Shown: one piece after another, positions 1 to 11,994 of the stretch
How positions within the stretch are numbered: the first letter of the stretch is position 1
Layout of the letters: each line of letters begins with the position of its first letter
NCBI GenBank assembly: GCA_964016885.1
Contig: OZ024740.1
Location: 387,500,001-387,564,000 of the forward strand
Direction of reading: 5' to 3'
Length of the DNA stretch: 64,000 bases
From: Eledone cirrhosa
Lineage: Eukaryota
Notes under the pieces: generated by a model
Seen by the model: the letters and a program-made list of their open reading frames with translations, nothing else
Databases searched by the model: none
Told to the model about the DNA's origin: nothing
Program-made: the position numbers and the translations under genes

Positions 1-613
1 ATTAGGGTGTTTGGTGGGGTGTGGGTGTCTGGTGTGGGGGTGGGGAAACATCTCAATAGGACGTGGTTAAGTGGTTTGGTGCAGTTGGTCCCCACATGCA
101 TTGGATGGTTCTTTTTCAAAGTTACATAGGTTTCCGTTGGGACCCTAATCATCATTAGGTGCGGTTTGTTCGCTGCGTAGGTGAAAGTGATCCCTTCGGT
201 TTCCAGCAAAGGGTTATTTTCTATCGCTTTCATTAAAATTTTATTGTTCTTGTTAATGTATGTATAGAGTTTTTGTTGTGTTGTGTTTGTTTTTGTTTGT
301 TGTTCTTGTGCGTGTTTGCGTTTTGTAGTATGTGTTATGTTTTGGGGAGGGGTGGGTTTTTTTGTTTGTGATGTTTGTTGTGTTTGTGCTGGTGGTTGTG
401 TTTGTAGCATTTTTGTTAATGTGGTGCCTTTTTCTTTTCCTTTTCACCTGTTGAAAGGGTTCTCCCTCGTCGTCACTGGGTGACGTTGATACGGAGTCCT
501 CTTCCGTGTTGTTGGGGAGGGGTATATTTTGGGGTTTTGTTGTGGTTGCTTTTGTATTTGTTTTAGGTGGGGAGGGCTTGGGTGGAACAGTGTTTTGTGT
601 TGTTATTTTTCCG

Positions 614-646
<33 letters not shown>

Positions 647-1875
647 GTTCGGGGTTGGCAGAAGAGCCTTTTTTTGGACTTGTTAATTGAGGACAGGCAG
701 CCCTCAGGTGACCCCTGCTTAAGCAGTGGTAACATGACGGCCGCCTTCCCTCCACTGAAATGTTTATATAAGTTAGCCCGTCCAGAGGCACGCGTTGTGG
801 GATATTCGCTATTCGTTCTGGGCTCATTTGCACCAGAACTTCTACGCTGGTCCCACCAAATACACCCCCGGAGGACTTTCCTATTGAAATTATCTTGTCT
901 TCATCAAAGTCAATGATTCCACATAGTATCCACCAAATATTTACATTTGGTGTGATACTCATTATTTTTATTCTTTGTGTCTCTTTTCCCCTGTATGTGG
1001 GGAAAAAGGTGAAGCGGGGGGACACAATGGGTGATACCGAGTACTTTTGTGCTGTTGACTGGTTGTTCATTAGCACCGAAATGCTACCAAACAGTTTACC
1101 TTTTTGTATGAAGGTTATGTCCTTCATTGCATCTTTTAGAACCAGCTCAATTTCATTTTGTGATAATTGAGCTGGTTTTCTTGTTTCGTTCGATATTGTC
1201 CTGAAAACCACAGTTTTCAGGACAGCCTCTCTACGTAATTCCTGTGGAGAATTGATGCTAAAAGCACCGTTTTCGCCAAAAGTCACGAATTGTTTTGCGT
1301 CTTGTAATAGTTGCTTAGCATTTGTTATGTCTATTGGCGTGTATAGTTCGTTAATTTTTACAGTCTGTGCGAATGTTGTTTTGGTGTTGTTGCCTTTTTT
1401 GTTGCTGCTGTTGTTGTCACTGTTGGTAATATTGTTCATGTTTTCCTTGGTGTTGCTATTGTTGCAGTTGTTGGTTGTGGTGTTATTGTCATTGTTCTTG
1501 TTGTTGGTGCTGGTATTATTTACCGGGTTTGGTTTCGTGGTTTCAATATTTTCAACGTTTTTCAATAATGTGAGGGGGGGGGGGGAAGGGTGCAAGCTTT
1601 GTACTCCTACCTTCCATCCACCACTTTTCTTAGTGGGCGTGGCACTCACGACAGTGTGCGAGGTGGAAATGGCATCCATTGCTGATACCAAGTCTACACA
1701 GTTTTGAGATTAAAATGAAAATTTCGCCCCAGAAAGGGGCGAAAATTAGTTGACTCAACGTCTGACGGCCCAGGCAAGGGGTTAAACTAAACAATGCTAT
1801 TAAATTGAGCAATGAACTCACAGTTTTTTTGACAATAATCCGTAAAAATCCGGAGCGAAGTAATTCACGTCTATA
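1..1875 (-). mobile_element. 5' part of an L1/Tx1-type non-LTR retrotransposon (5' UTR + ORF1), running off the left edge
   Basis: ORF1-like gag protein with a CCHC knuckle, followed by a low-complexity tail containing FQQVKRKRKR in a shifted frame. Clade assignment is inferred from the ORF1 architecture only. Confidence 0.65.
603..1691 (-). CDS. LINE ORF1/gag-like nucleic-acid-binding protein with a zinc knuckle (continues by frameshift into 253-735)
   Basis: Motif VEGRRPSCYHCLSRGHLRAAC (CX2CX4HX4C), preceded by an RRM-like region and an Asn/Thr-rich N-terminus. Confidence 0.75.
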
Positions 1876-1884
1876 TCAAGTGGT

Positions 1885-2530
1885 AATTGATATAGAGAGG
1901 GGGGTTGGAAGAGAGTTCTATGTAGTAGATATAGAGAGGGGGAGCGTTTGGTGTTAATTGATATATAGAGGGGGATTAAGAAAAAGTCTTATATGGTTGA
2001 TGTAGAGAGGGGGAGAGTTTGATGGTAATGAATAGAGTGAGATGATTGATAGAGATAGGCATTGATAGATATAGAGAGGAAGAAAGTTTGGTAGTAATGG
2101 ATAGAGTGAGAGGGAAAGAGAGAGAGAGTGTGTGTGTTGTATGGTAGATTTAGAGAGGGGGATCGGGAGAGAGATTGCCGTGTAGTTGATATAGAGAGGG
2201 GTAGATTTCAATGCTTGTAGATATAATGAGGGGGTTGGGAGATATATATATTGCTAAATATATAGAAGGGACTGGATGAGGCATTGTCGTAAAAGATATA
2301 GAGGGAGTAGTTTGTGATGGATAGAGAGAGAACGATTACGGCAGAGTGTGATAGAGATAGCTGTAGATATTCATAGAGAGGGATGAGCATATTAGTGTTA
2401 GATATAGAGAGGTGATAAGAGAGTCGGTGTGGTGGTAGATATATAGAGGGGGAGGGGTGCTTTTAGTAGATACAGAGAGGGGGATTAAAAGAGAGTTTTT
2501 GTGATAGACATAGAGAGGAAGAGAGTTTGG
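1885..2530. repeat. Degenerate purine-rich minisatellite with a GATATAGAGAGGGG core
   Basis: Core recurs about every 30-45 bp with variable spacers. Confidence 0.7.
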
Positions 2531-2577
2531 TGGTACTCTAGGGGTCACAGAAGTCAATACCGAAGTAGAGTTTAAAT

Positions 2578-3102
<525 letters not shown>

Positions 3103-3599
3103 TAATAATTATATTTTTCTCCCTAAACTACCAAAACACACATCTATTTGGATATGCGCTACAATTTATGTACATGTTACGTTTATCACATGTCGAAGTT
3201 TTTCTGACCATTTTAGAGTGCAAAAAGCTAAACTACAACTAAATTGACCCCTCACCCTCAATTCAGAAATGTCTCCACCGCCCTTGATTATGTGAGTGCG
3301 CGCGCGTGTGTGTATGTATATGTGTGTGTATGTGTTGTGTGAGTATAAATGAATTAAGTGTCTCGTTGAATCTCTGAGAATTAAGGGAACACGTGCCTAT
3401 GGAATGCTAATCCAATTACAGTTTAAATTCACGAACACACTGTTCCGTTGATCAAACTAGAATTCACATCATTGGAACCATGGAGTTCCAACAAACACAC
3501 ACATACACACAATTCATTCTTCTTTAAGAAACAACATGGCTGAGTGGGTAAGTCATCTTAACTCCATCGCTCCTTGACCTTGAGACCAACTCGTTTAAG

Positions 3600-4900
3600 T
3601 CCCTGTGATAAAAGTGAGCTACAGTGAAATTGAATTCTAGATGCCGTACTCATCATCCAGCCTGTTCTGACTAGAGTACAGTTAACACCGAAACACGACG
3701 TCTACATCACCAGCGCCCCGATCCCCCATGAAAGCCATAAGAGAGTGCCAGAAGACTAAGCATGTTGATCCGACGAGGATGTCGGAGAGATTACGCCTCA
3801 TTGACGCGCACTTGACGCTCTTCCTCCCGAGGAACTATTTTGCCCTCCCCAAACTCATTTTCATACTGCGCGGTGCACCTTGTCACCCTCACGCGGATCA
3901 CTTCGTCAAACACAATGCTGTGCTGAAGTCACCCGCAATACTACTTTTGACAGCAACAGGCGAAGCTCCCCATGAAATTCGGTGTCCTCGCCGTCTGTGC
4001 TACTTCTAACCTAGTGCAGTTGGCCAACCTATCTTCAATTTCCTCTAGCCGCACTCTCATTAGCAGGCTCCTCGGCAAGACGGTAGACCCAGCCGTTGAC
4101 AGGGAACTGGAGTCAGTTCTGGCCGATTAGCTCGACGAAGTCAAGCTTCAAGCAGATCGAGTTTTCCTTTGACCAACACCGTCTCGCTTGCATCCGTTCT
4201 GCCTCGTAGCCAAACAGTGGCGTGTGGCTCAGTTCGATGCTCTTCTTATCAATCGGTACCATTCTTTATGATGAGTGCACTAACATCGGAGTGGTCCACT
4301 GCCTCGGACACCACGCGTGTGAGCTGCAAAGGCCGTTGTAGAGTTGTTGGTTCCCTCGAAACGCTGTTCAGAAGGAGCCACGACGTGGCTGGCTTCCCGT
4401 CACAACAAGAGTCAACTGACTTCGACCATGAAGATGGTAAGGGCCCCGACGGAATAACTCTCTTTTTTTTCGATGTAAGTCCCTAATCTGGGACGCCACA
4501 TGCTGCGACTCGTTCTCCGCCTCCAGCTTTGGCCGCAAACCCAGGTACCGCCGCCCACGATGCAGAGGAGAGGCCGCTTCCTTTTCCTGCCGGTCACTGT
4601 CGTGACATCAGGTATCCTTAATCTTTGAACTGCTGTTTTCCTGTGCAAAATCTGGAAGACTGCAGGCCGCATGAGGAAGGGGCCTCGTGAGGTAGGCTGG
4701 CTGTTGCAGCGAATGTCGCTAGCCATTCTCCGCAGGAAGCAGCTCAAACATACCGCCATGTCTGGGGTGTACAGTCTGACGCCCCGTCCCCTCTTTTCTT
4801 TTCTTTCGTTGCTTAATTTCTTTTTTTTTTATTCTCTATCTTTGTCGTTTCCTTATTGCCATTTATACTGAATAGTTTATATGAATAAAATATTTCTTAC
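3600..4900 (+). mobile_element. Degenerate CRE-clade (restriction-like endonuclease) non-LTR retrotransposon fragment
   Basis: Fragmented motifs DGKGPDGIT, LIWDATC, FLPVTVVTSG and PREVGWLLQRMSLAILR, typical of the CRE C-terminus. Contains multiple frameshifts. Confidence 0.65.
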
Positions 4901-5541
4901 CTCTTAACAGGAATTCAAACCTCCTGCAAGCGCTTTATTTTATTTTTAGGCCGAACAATTTATTCTACATCGCCTCGGGAAAAGTTGCCGATTATATGTT
5001 ATAGAATGGCGTTCTACCAATGAGCGAAGGAATTAATTTCTGGTCAACGAAATGCCATGAAGTAACTAGATTTAAACGCCTGTGCTTGCACTGCCGTTCT
5101 TTAAAAGGTCTCCAGTAGTTAAGAATATTTCTATTTTTTAAAAATTCTTTGTAGAAATATGAACTAAGCCATCAACTCAATCATTCAAATAAACCAACCT
5201 TCGATTTTATTAAACCAGGCTGTAGTCAACTGTTCTTCTTATTTTGCTACTGCCAAAGGCTATGGTTTTCTTATTTAACCAAAATGAAATATGTATCTTT
5301 TGTTAACGACGTTTCAAGTCTTTGGATACGCAAGTAACAGCAACTTTGCGGTATTTCTCACAGCTGCAAGACGATGAAACATGTACCGGATATAAAGTTG
5401 GAAACGCATTACGCCATTGTAAATAATAGGAATTTGTATATTTTGAAATATGCCAGAATAACATCTTTCATTTCATTTAAATTATGATTATTTTATTTTT
5501 ATAAAAAATTACAAAGTGTTTGGCATTAAAAAACGTTAATA

Positions 5542-5958
5542 ATGTTAAAATTAATAATCGAATTATTTGTATTGATACAAATAATGGTCTCTTTGATATT
5601 TTCTGAGGAAATACCAAATACTTATAAAAATATCCCTGACTGTTATTTGAATTGTAGCTTCGAAGATCGTAAAATGCTATATAGAAATGTTTTCAATGAA
5701 TTAATGTGGAGTCATTCGGAACAAGATATTGTAAAGAACAATCAAAATCAAATTGATATCAAGGATGCTATTTCAAACGAATCAAGGCGTAATCCAGAAA
5801 ATACGTTAAAGGAAGTTTCATGGATACTTTACCATATTCCACCGATACATTTAAAAAGAAGAAAGCGCACTGCTTTTCTGAATATTTACCAAGTAGCTAT
5901 TGTATTATCAAAACACAAATATAGAGGAAAAGACCCCCGTCATTTACACTCGGACCAG
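5542..5958 (+). CDS. Coding exon 1 of an uncharacterised secreted, possibly GPI-anchored, EGF-Ca protein
   Basis: ATG followed by a hydrophobic signal-like peptide (MLKLIIELFVLIQIMVSLIFS), a KRRKR polybasic site and donor CAG|GTAAGA in phase 0 (417 nt). Confidence 0.75.
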
Positions 5959-5993
5959 GTAAGAGTGATTTTAAAGGGTTCACACTACTATTA

Positions 5994-6387
5994 CAGACCT
6001 GTCAACTCTCCTCGTCCGCCAGGGAGATCTCCCACCCATTTGGGGGTGGGTGAGAGATGTCTTCTCTTGTCAAAATGGGTATAGCTTTCATTTTGTAAAC
6101 ATCTCTCCGGTGGATTGGCAGTATCGGTAGAGGGTCGGACGCCATGCTTTCCAGCATAGTTACGTCCCTTTACGATCTGAGTTCAAATCCCGCCGAGGTT
6201 GACTTTGCCTTTCATCCTTACGGGGTCGATAAAATAAAGTACCAGTAATGCACTGGGTAATTGCTGGCCTTGTGCCTAAAGTAGAAACAATTATGTAAAC
6301 ATCTCTCCAATTTACCACATTTCTCCCCGTTTTGGGACTCTTTTTCATGGTACTCCCCGTTTGGATTTTTAGAGGTTGGCAGGTCTG
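5994..6387. mobile_element. MITE with CAGACCTG(T/C)CAAC terminal inverted repeats and a 6-bp TSD (CTATTA)
   Basis: TIRs at 5994-6006 and 6375-6387. CTATTA at 5988-5993 and 6388-6393. Confidence 0.7.
6109..6293 (+). mobile_element. Full-length tRNA-derived SINE (Meta-core-like body) nested in the MITE
   Basis: A-box-like TGGCAGTATCGG, B-box GAGTTCAAATCC, core GCCTTTCATCC...GGTCGATAAAAT. A 15-bp TSD TGTAAACATCTCTCC is at 6094-6108 and 6294-6308. Confidence 0.9.
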
Positions 6388-6634
6388 CTATTATAATAGA
6401 TGTATCCAGAAATATTTCAGATTCAAGAATTCTCGAAAAAGATTGTTTCAAATAATAGCAATATACTATAATTGAGATATTACAAATATATTACAAATCA
6501 ATAAATTTTTCTACTTTACCGGCAAACTCAAAACATTTGGTAAACTTATGTTATCTAACAATCTCTCTTTCTATCTCTCTCTATATATATATACACAGAC
6601 ACTATACACACACACATATATATATATATACATC

Positions 6635-6672
<38 letters not shown>

Positions 6673-6733
6673 AGCAAGATCCCAGATGAACCCACAACAT
6701 GTATTGGTGCTCCGACATAGCGATAAATATATG

Positions 6734-7290
6734 AATGTACGTATTGTATATTAAATAATTGTTTAAACAATTATTTAATATACAATACGTACATTAATAT
6801 ATATTGTATATTAAATAATATACGGGATGTTTATGAAAAACATTTGAAGGCCTTTCGCTATGAATTTCAGGTTGTGACCATCGTCACACACCGTGCTGGT
6901 ATGTTTGCTGCAAGCCTCACTGCATCTGTTGAGCATCCGGGAGATCTCATTCCGTATATATGCAATTTTGGCTATGCAGGGAAGGGCGGAGTCGTGGTGC
7001 ACAAAAATGTCTCTGTAGGCATCCTTCTTGTAACAATTGGTGTAAATGGATCCCTCTTCTGTGGCCCTTAGTGTATAGTTTAGCGAGAGGGATCCAGTGG
7101 TGTCTGAGTGCTCAACCTTAAAACTCACGCGTGCGCCTACGTTTACGAAGATGTAAATCTTAACGGCTTCTTCACGTGATGAAGTGAACACAAGGATACC
7201 ATCCATGTTCCTGGAGAAGAAGGAACAGGAGCGGTAGGTGGTGATTGCTGTGTACTCCAACTGGTTCATGTACGCAATAGCCTGAGAGAC
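6734..7290 (-). mobile_element. Penelope-like RT palm/thumb fragment ending in a perfect 62-bp palindrome (6734-6795)
   Basis: ORF 6811-7269 has decayed motifs [10 protein letters not shown] (YVDD-like), FKVEHSDTTGSLS and YKK..RDIFVHHDSALP..AKIAYIRNE. Confidence 0.65.
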
Positions 7291-7313
7291 CTGAGCTCAT
7301 CGGAAGTCCCGAA

Positions 7314-7344
<31 letters not shown>

Positions 7345-7380
7345 AGAATTGAACTCACAACCTCCCGATTGCAAGCCCAA

Positions 7381-7475
<95 letters not shown>

Positions 7476-8143
7476 GTATAGTATTAGTTATACTATTTAT
7501 GGTTATGTAAATACAAAACCTTATGCAGTTATAAGTATTTTTTATATACACCCTAAATAGTGGTAGGCAGTAATGTATTACTACCTTATTACCAGTAAGT
7601 TAAGTAGCTCAATGTAAAAACATCAGATGATTTACAGAGCAGTTATATGAGGGGCATATAATCGAAAAATACACTCCCCTGACCATGAAAATGTCGAAGT
7701 ACATGAAATACTTGACATCCCTTCGCTGTGCATCTCCAATACTTTTAACACTTTTAATGCTTGCACTATTTTTAATGCTTATAACATTTCTCCACACACA
7801 GACTATATCAATCATATAAAGAATTTGCCACCAGATCTACCAACCTAACACTCTTGTTTACCTACCCAAGTGCCTCTACCACACATATCTCTCTGCCACA
7901 CTATATAAACAAGACGCACATGCGTGCCACACATATAACATTTGCACTATATAACCGCTTATCTTCATGTATTTTAACCTGTATTTTTGATTTTTGATTG
8001 TACCTCTTAATATGAATGTAATCTCGAAGTGTGTACTGCCACTCTAAATTCTGTAATGAATGTTGACCCACAATATTTGCATATGTATCGGTATGTCTCT
8101 TGGCTGAAAAGGAGGTCATATAACTGTCCATGCATTAATAAGT

Positions 8144-8190
8144 TGCTCCGAAGAATCCAAACCTCGGTTTGGAGGAAACAGCTGTAAGCA
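8144..8190 (+). ncRNA. Degenerate minimal hammerhead ribozyme (Penelope type)
   Basis: TGCT-CCGAAGA-a-TCCAAACC tc GGTTTGGA-g-GAA-ACAGCTGT-A-AGCA. Stem I, stem II and a palindromic stem III are present, but the core has U4>C. Confidence 0.55.
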
Positions 8191-8231
8191 CAATAATGTT
8201 TTGAACAGTTCTTTGATTCTTATATTTCATA

Positions 8232-8294
<63 letters not shown>

Positions 8295-8317
8295 ATATAT
8301 ATATATATGTGTATATA

Positions 8318-11300
8318 TCATCATCATCGTTTAACGTCCCTGTTCCACGCTTGCATGGGTTTGGACGGGAGTTTTCCCACTTGAGGCAAGAGTGGTTGTC
8401 TTGCTCGCATAGGACTGCCTGGCGGGTTTTCTACAGTTGGATGCCCTTCCTAACACCAACCACATTTACAGTGTGGGGCTGGGAGGTTTTTACCGTGTTG
8501 CCTACACGGCCACATTACAGCGTGGACTGTCTGGCGGGTTTTCTACAGCTGGATGCCCTTCCTAACACCAACCACATTTACAGTGTGGGACTGGGAGGTT
8601 TTTACCGTGTTGCCTACACGGTCACATTACAGCGTGGACTGTGTGTTTTTTTGTCGTGACACCTACACGATCTCATTTGTTTCGGCCTGGATTTTGTGGC
8701 ACCAACATAACTTTACATTATGGTGTGGATGGGGTGGGGTGGGGTGGGGGGTGTATTTTGTTAGAGATGCCTACTGACTGTAGTAGGTTTCACTTTGTAT
8801 TTAGGTAAGGCGGGTCTTCTCTATTACTAAGTACCGCCAAAGGTCTCGGTCCAGTGACATTGTCTTGGAGAGGTGTAAGTGTGTGAGGTCGGAATTTATC
8901 AGCTCGTCCCAGGTTTTTCTGGGTCTGCCTACTCCGTGGCTACCGTCTATCTTTATTGCCCTGCACTTTGCTATACAGTTGTCGTCTTTCATGCGCATCA
9001 CGTGACCATACCAACGTAGCCTTCTCTCGAGTAAACAACATCTGATCCCTCTTATTTCTAATTTTTTCCTTAGTTCGTTTATGCTTTGCCGTTCGCGTAT
9101 ATTACTATTACACATCCAGCGGAGCATGCAAGCTTCGTTCCTCTCTAGTTTGCGTATATCCTCTGCACACAATGCCCAGGTCTCACTACCATGCAACATT
9201 GCTGTTCGTATGCAGGCATCATACAACCTGCCTTTCATTTTTAGGGAGAACCCTTTAGCGGCTAATAGTGGTATAAGCTCTCTGAACTTTTTCCATCCAG
9301 TTCTGACTCTAGCTACTGTACTTTCAGAGCACCCTCCCCCACTGCTGATTTTGTCACCCAGGTAACGGAAGCTGTCCACTATTTCTATAGAACCCTCTGC
9401 GCAGTTGAAAGAGCTAGTATTTTGTGGGCACTTGCTGCTACTTATTGCACCAGAGCACCGGCCACATGTAAAATTTGTGTTCTTAGTTAGCTTACCTGTG
9501 ATCCCACTACATCTTTTATGCACCCATACTTTGCATTTGGGACATAAAATGGAGTTTCTACCTACGCCTTTCCTACACACTGAGCATGGCCATTTCCCGG
9601 AAGGGACCGGCACCTTATTTTCTTTCCTACAAACTAGAACTTTAGTCTTAGCCAGGTTAATTTTAAGGCCTTTTGATTCTAGGCCGTGCTTCCATGTTTG
9701 GAATTTCTTCTCTAGCTCGGCCATTGATTCAGCTATGAGCGTTAGGTCATCTGCGTATAGGAGTTCCCATGGGCAACCGGTCTTGAACTCCTCTGTTATA
9801 GCCTGAAGAGCAATAATAAATAGTAGGGGGCTAAGAACAGAGCCCTGATGGACGCCAATTTTTACGCTAAACTCTTCACTATATTCGTTCTTAATTCTAA
9901 CCTTGCTTACTGTTTCTTTATACATGGCTTGTATAGCTCTCACAAGCCATTCGTCAACACTTAGTTTTCTAAGAGCCCACCAGATAATGGAACGGGGGAC
10001 TCTGTCGAAGGCTTTCTCCAAGTCGACGAAAGCTAAGTATAGGGGTTTACTTTTAGCTAGGTACTTCTCCTGTAGTTGTCGTACAATGAAAAGAGCGTCT
10101 GTGGTACTTTTGCCTGACACAAACCCGAACTGCATTTCATCTAGATCGATTCTCTCTCTGATTAGTTGCACTATTACTTTTTCCGTGACCTTCATGACCT
10201 GGTCGATTAATTTAATGCCTCTATAGTTACTCCTATCTAGGGCGTCTCCTTTACCCTTGTAACAGGTAATGATGATGCTGCTACGCCAGTCCTTCGGAAC
10301 AACCCCATTCTGTATGACTTGGTTTACTATCCGGGTGACCATGGTGTGTCCCACCGTTCCAGAGGCCTTCAGCATCTCAGCAACTATTTCAGAAGGCCCA
10401 GCCGCCTTACCCGTCTTCATATCTTTGATTGCCTTACTTATTATACTACCTTCAACTAACACTGCTGGTCCCTCTATTGGATCGATATGGGGGAGACTAT
10501 CCTTCTCCCATTTATTCTCCTCATTTAGTAGCCTCTCGTAGTGACACTTCCAAGCGACCTTCTTATCAGCGTCAGTGATGGCGAGTACGCCATCATCATT
10601 TAGTACACACTTCTCCCCAACAATATCACGGTTTTCCTTGACACATTGCCTAGCAATCCTGAACACCTCACGTTTTTGGTCCTCGCGTTGTAGAACATGC
10701 TTGAACTTTCTTTCCTCTGCTTCCCTTCTTGCGAAGTACACTTGTCTCCTAGCTTCCCTCCTGGCCACTTGATAGTCTTCTCTACTTCCCCCATCCCGCC
10801 ATACTTTCCAAGCCTGCTTTTTGGCCTTAATCGACTCCTCCACCTTACTGTTCCACCACCATGTTACTCTCCTCCTGCCTATAGGCCTGCTCCGGCCACA
10901 GACTTCGTCTGCCGCCATCAGCAGGTTTGCTTTCAGGAATTCCCACTGTCCCTCTATATTGTCCGACTCTAAATGCTCTTCCTTACTGTCGAAAGCATCA
11001 AGTAATATGCTTTGAAATTTATTTCTGGCTGTGGGGTCCTTTAGCTTCCATATTTTTCTCCTGAGGATAGTCCTCTTCTGCTGTCGAGTACGTCTCGTCC
11101 TGACTATGAGGTCGCTAATTATCAGTCTATGTTGGGAGGTGCATTCTTCATGGGGGAGGGATTTAGTGTTTACAACAGTCACTCTGTCACGTCTTCTGGT
11201 AAGGATATAATCTACCTGACTGGTATATTCCCCTGATCTGTAGGTGATCAAGTGATTGTCTCGTTTTTTGAAGTTAGTGTTACAGATTGTTAGGTTATTT

Positions 11301-11475
11301 GCGTCACAGAATTCCAGGATTCTGGAGCCTTCCTCATTTCTAGTACCAAACCCATAGCCTCCATGGATTTCATCATAGCCGTCACAATGTTGTCCAACGT
11401 GACCATTTAGGTCGCCAGCAATAATTATATAGTCACTGTCGGTTATTTGGGAGGATGTGAGCATCAGTGTCTCAT
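8318..11475 (-). mobile_element. 5'-truncated RTE-clade LINE with a long 3' UTR and (GAT)n tail, flanked by (TA)n
   Basis: Uninterrupted 887-aa ORF. The 3' UTR carries a duplicated GGAAGGGCATCC unit and the tail is at 8318-8328. Confidence 0.95.
8801..11464 (-). CDS. RTE ORF: partial AP endonuclease + reverse transcriptase with an embedded PHD-like finger
   Basis: Motifs AGDLNGHVG, SQVDY, FVDLEKAFDRV, GVHQGSVLSP, LYADD, HGSETW and RRLRWYGHV. Confidence 0.95.
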   Translation of the reverse strand: MLTSSQITDSDYIIIAGDLNGHVGQHCDGYDEIHGGYGFGTRNEEGSRILEFCDANNLTICNTNFKKRDNHLITYRSGEYTSQVDYILTRRRDRVTVVNTKSLPHEECTSQHRLIISDLIVRTRRTRQQKRTILRRKIWKLKDPTARNKFQSILLDAFDSKEEHLESDNIEGQWEFLKANLLMAADEVCGRSRPIGRRRVTWWWNSKVEESIKAKKQAWKVWRDGGSREDYQVARREARRQVYFARREAEERKFKHVLQREDQKREVFRIARQCVKENRDIVGEKCVLNDDGVLAITDADKKVAWKCHYERLLNEENKWEKDSLPHIDPIEGPAVLVEGSIISKAIKDMKTGKAAGPSEIVAEMLKASGTVGHTMVTRIVNQVIQNGVVPKDWRSSIIITCYKGKGDALDRSNYRGIKLIDQVMKVTEKVIVQLIRERIDLDEMQFGFVSGKSTTDALFIVRQLQEKYLAKSKPLYLAFVDLEKAFDRVPRSIIWWALRKLSVDEWLVRAIQAMYKETVSKVRIKNEYSEEFSVKIGVHQGSVLSPLLFIIALQAITEEFKTGCPWELLYADDLTLIAESMAELEKKFQTWKHGLESKGLKINLAKTKVLVCRKENKVPVPSGKWPCSVCRKGVGRNSILCPKCKVWVHKRCSGITGKLTKNTNFTCGRCSGAISSSKCPQNTSSFNCAEGSIEIVDSFRYLGDKISSGGGCSESTVARVRTGWKKFRELIPLLAAKGFSLKMKGRLYDACIRTAMLHGSETWALCAEDIRKLERNEACMLRWMCNSNIRERQSINELRKKLEIRGIRCCLLERRLRWYGHVMRMKDDNCIAKCRAIKIDGSHGVGRPRKTWDELINSDLTHLHLSKTMSLDRDLWRYLVIEKTRLT

Positions 11476-11488
11476 AGAAAGTGTCTTT

Positions 11489-11598
<110 letters not shown>

Positions 11599-11681
11599 AA
11601 AGTTCTATTTAAATTGTTGGGATACAACAAGCAAATATTTTTATAACTGATATAAAGCACTCAACAAATATTTGGAGTAAA

Positions 11682-11735
11682 AATACGATATTAACAAATG
11701 GAAACTATAAATATAGTTTCCATTTGTTAATATCG

Positions 11736-11739
<4 letters not shown>
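11682..11739. repeat. Hairpin with 28-bp arms, related to the 3' end of the Penelope element at 16305-16335
   Basis: aatacgatattaacaaatggaaactata-aa-tatagtttccatttgttaatatcgtatt, lying between (TA)n tracts. Confidence 0.75.
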
Positions 11740-11792
<53 letters not shown>

Positions 11793-11807
11793 ACCAATTT
11801 GAGTAAG

Positions 11808-11992
11808 ACACTTGCTCCAGTTTATTCAGCCGTAGAAATGAGTTGCGACGTCACTGGTGCCAAGCTGTATCAGCCATTGCCTTTCCCTTGGAAAACATCG
11901 TTGGCGTGGAGAGGGGGAGGTTAGTATACATGAGCGACTGCTGGTCTTCCACAAACAAACTTGCCCGGACTTGTGCCTTAAAGGGTTACTTT
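11808..11992 (+). mobile_element. SINE-like repeat body (second copy at about 18310-18445)
   Basis: Both loci share gcgacgtcactggtgccaagct...ggcgtggagag...ctggtcttccac. Confidence 0.6.
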
Positions 11993-11994
11993 CC

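Noticed and set aside
5959-6084. ORF 5542-6084 as a single-exon 180-aa gene
   Set aside because: There is a strong donor at 5959, and the remainder is intron and MITE sequence.
7342-7380. tRNA-like sequence on the minus strand
   Set aside because: Only an anticodon/T-arm fragment; a SINE head remnant, not a tRNA gene.
9081-11015. Plus-strand ORFs overlapping the RTE (also at 27-28, 36-40 and 59-62 kb)
   Set aside because: They are antisense shadows of the RT ORF with no independent motifs.
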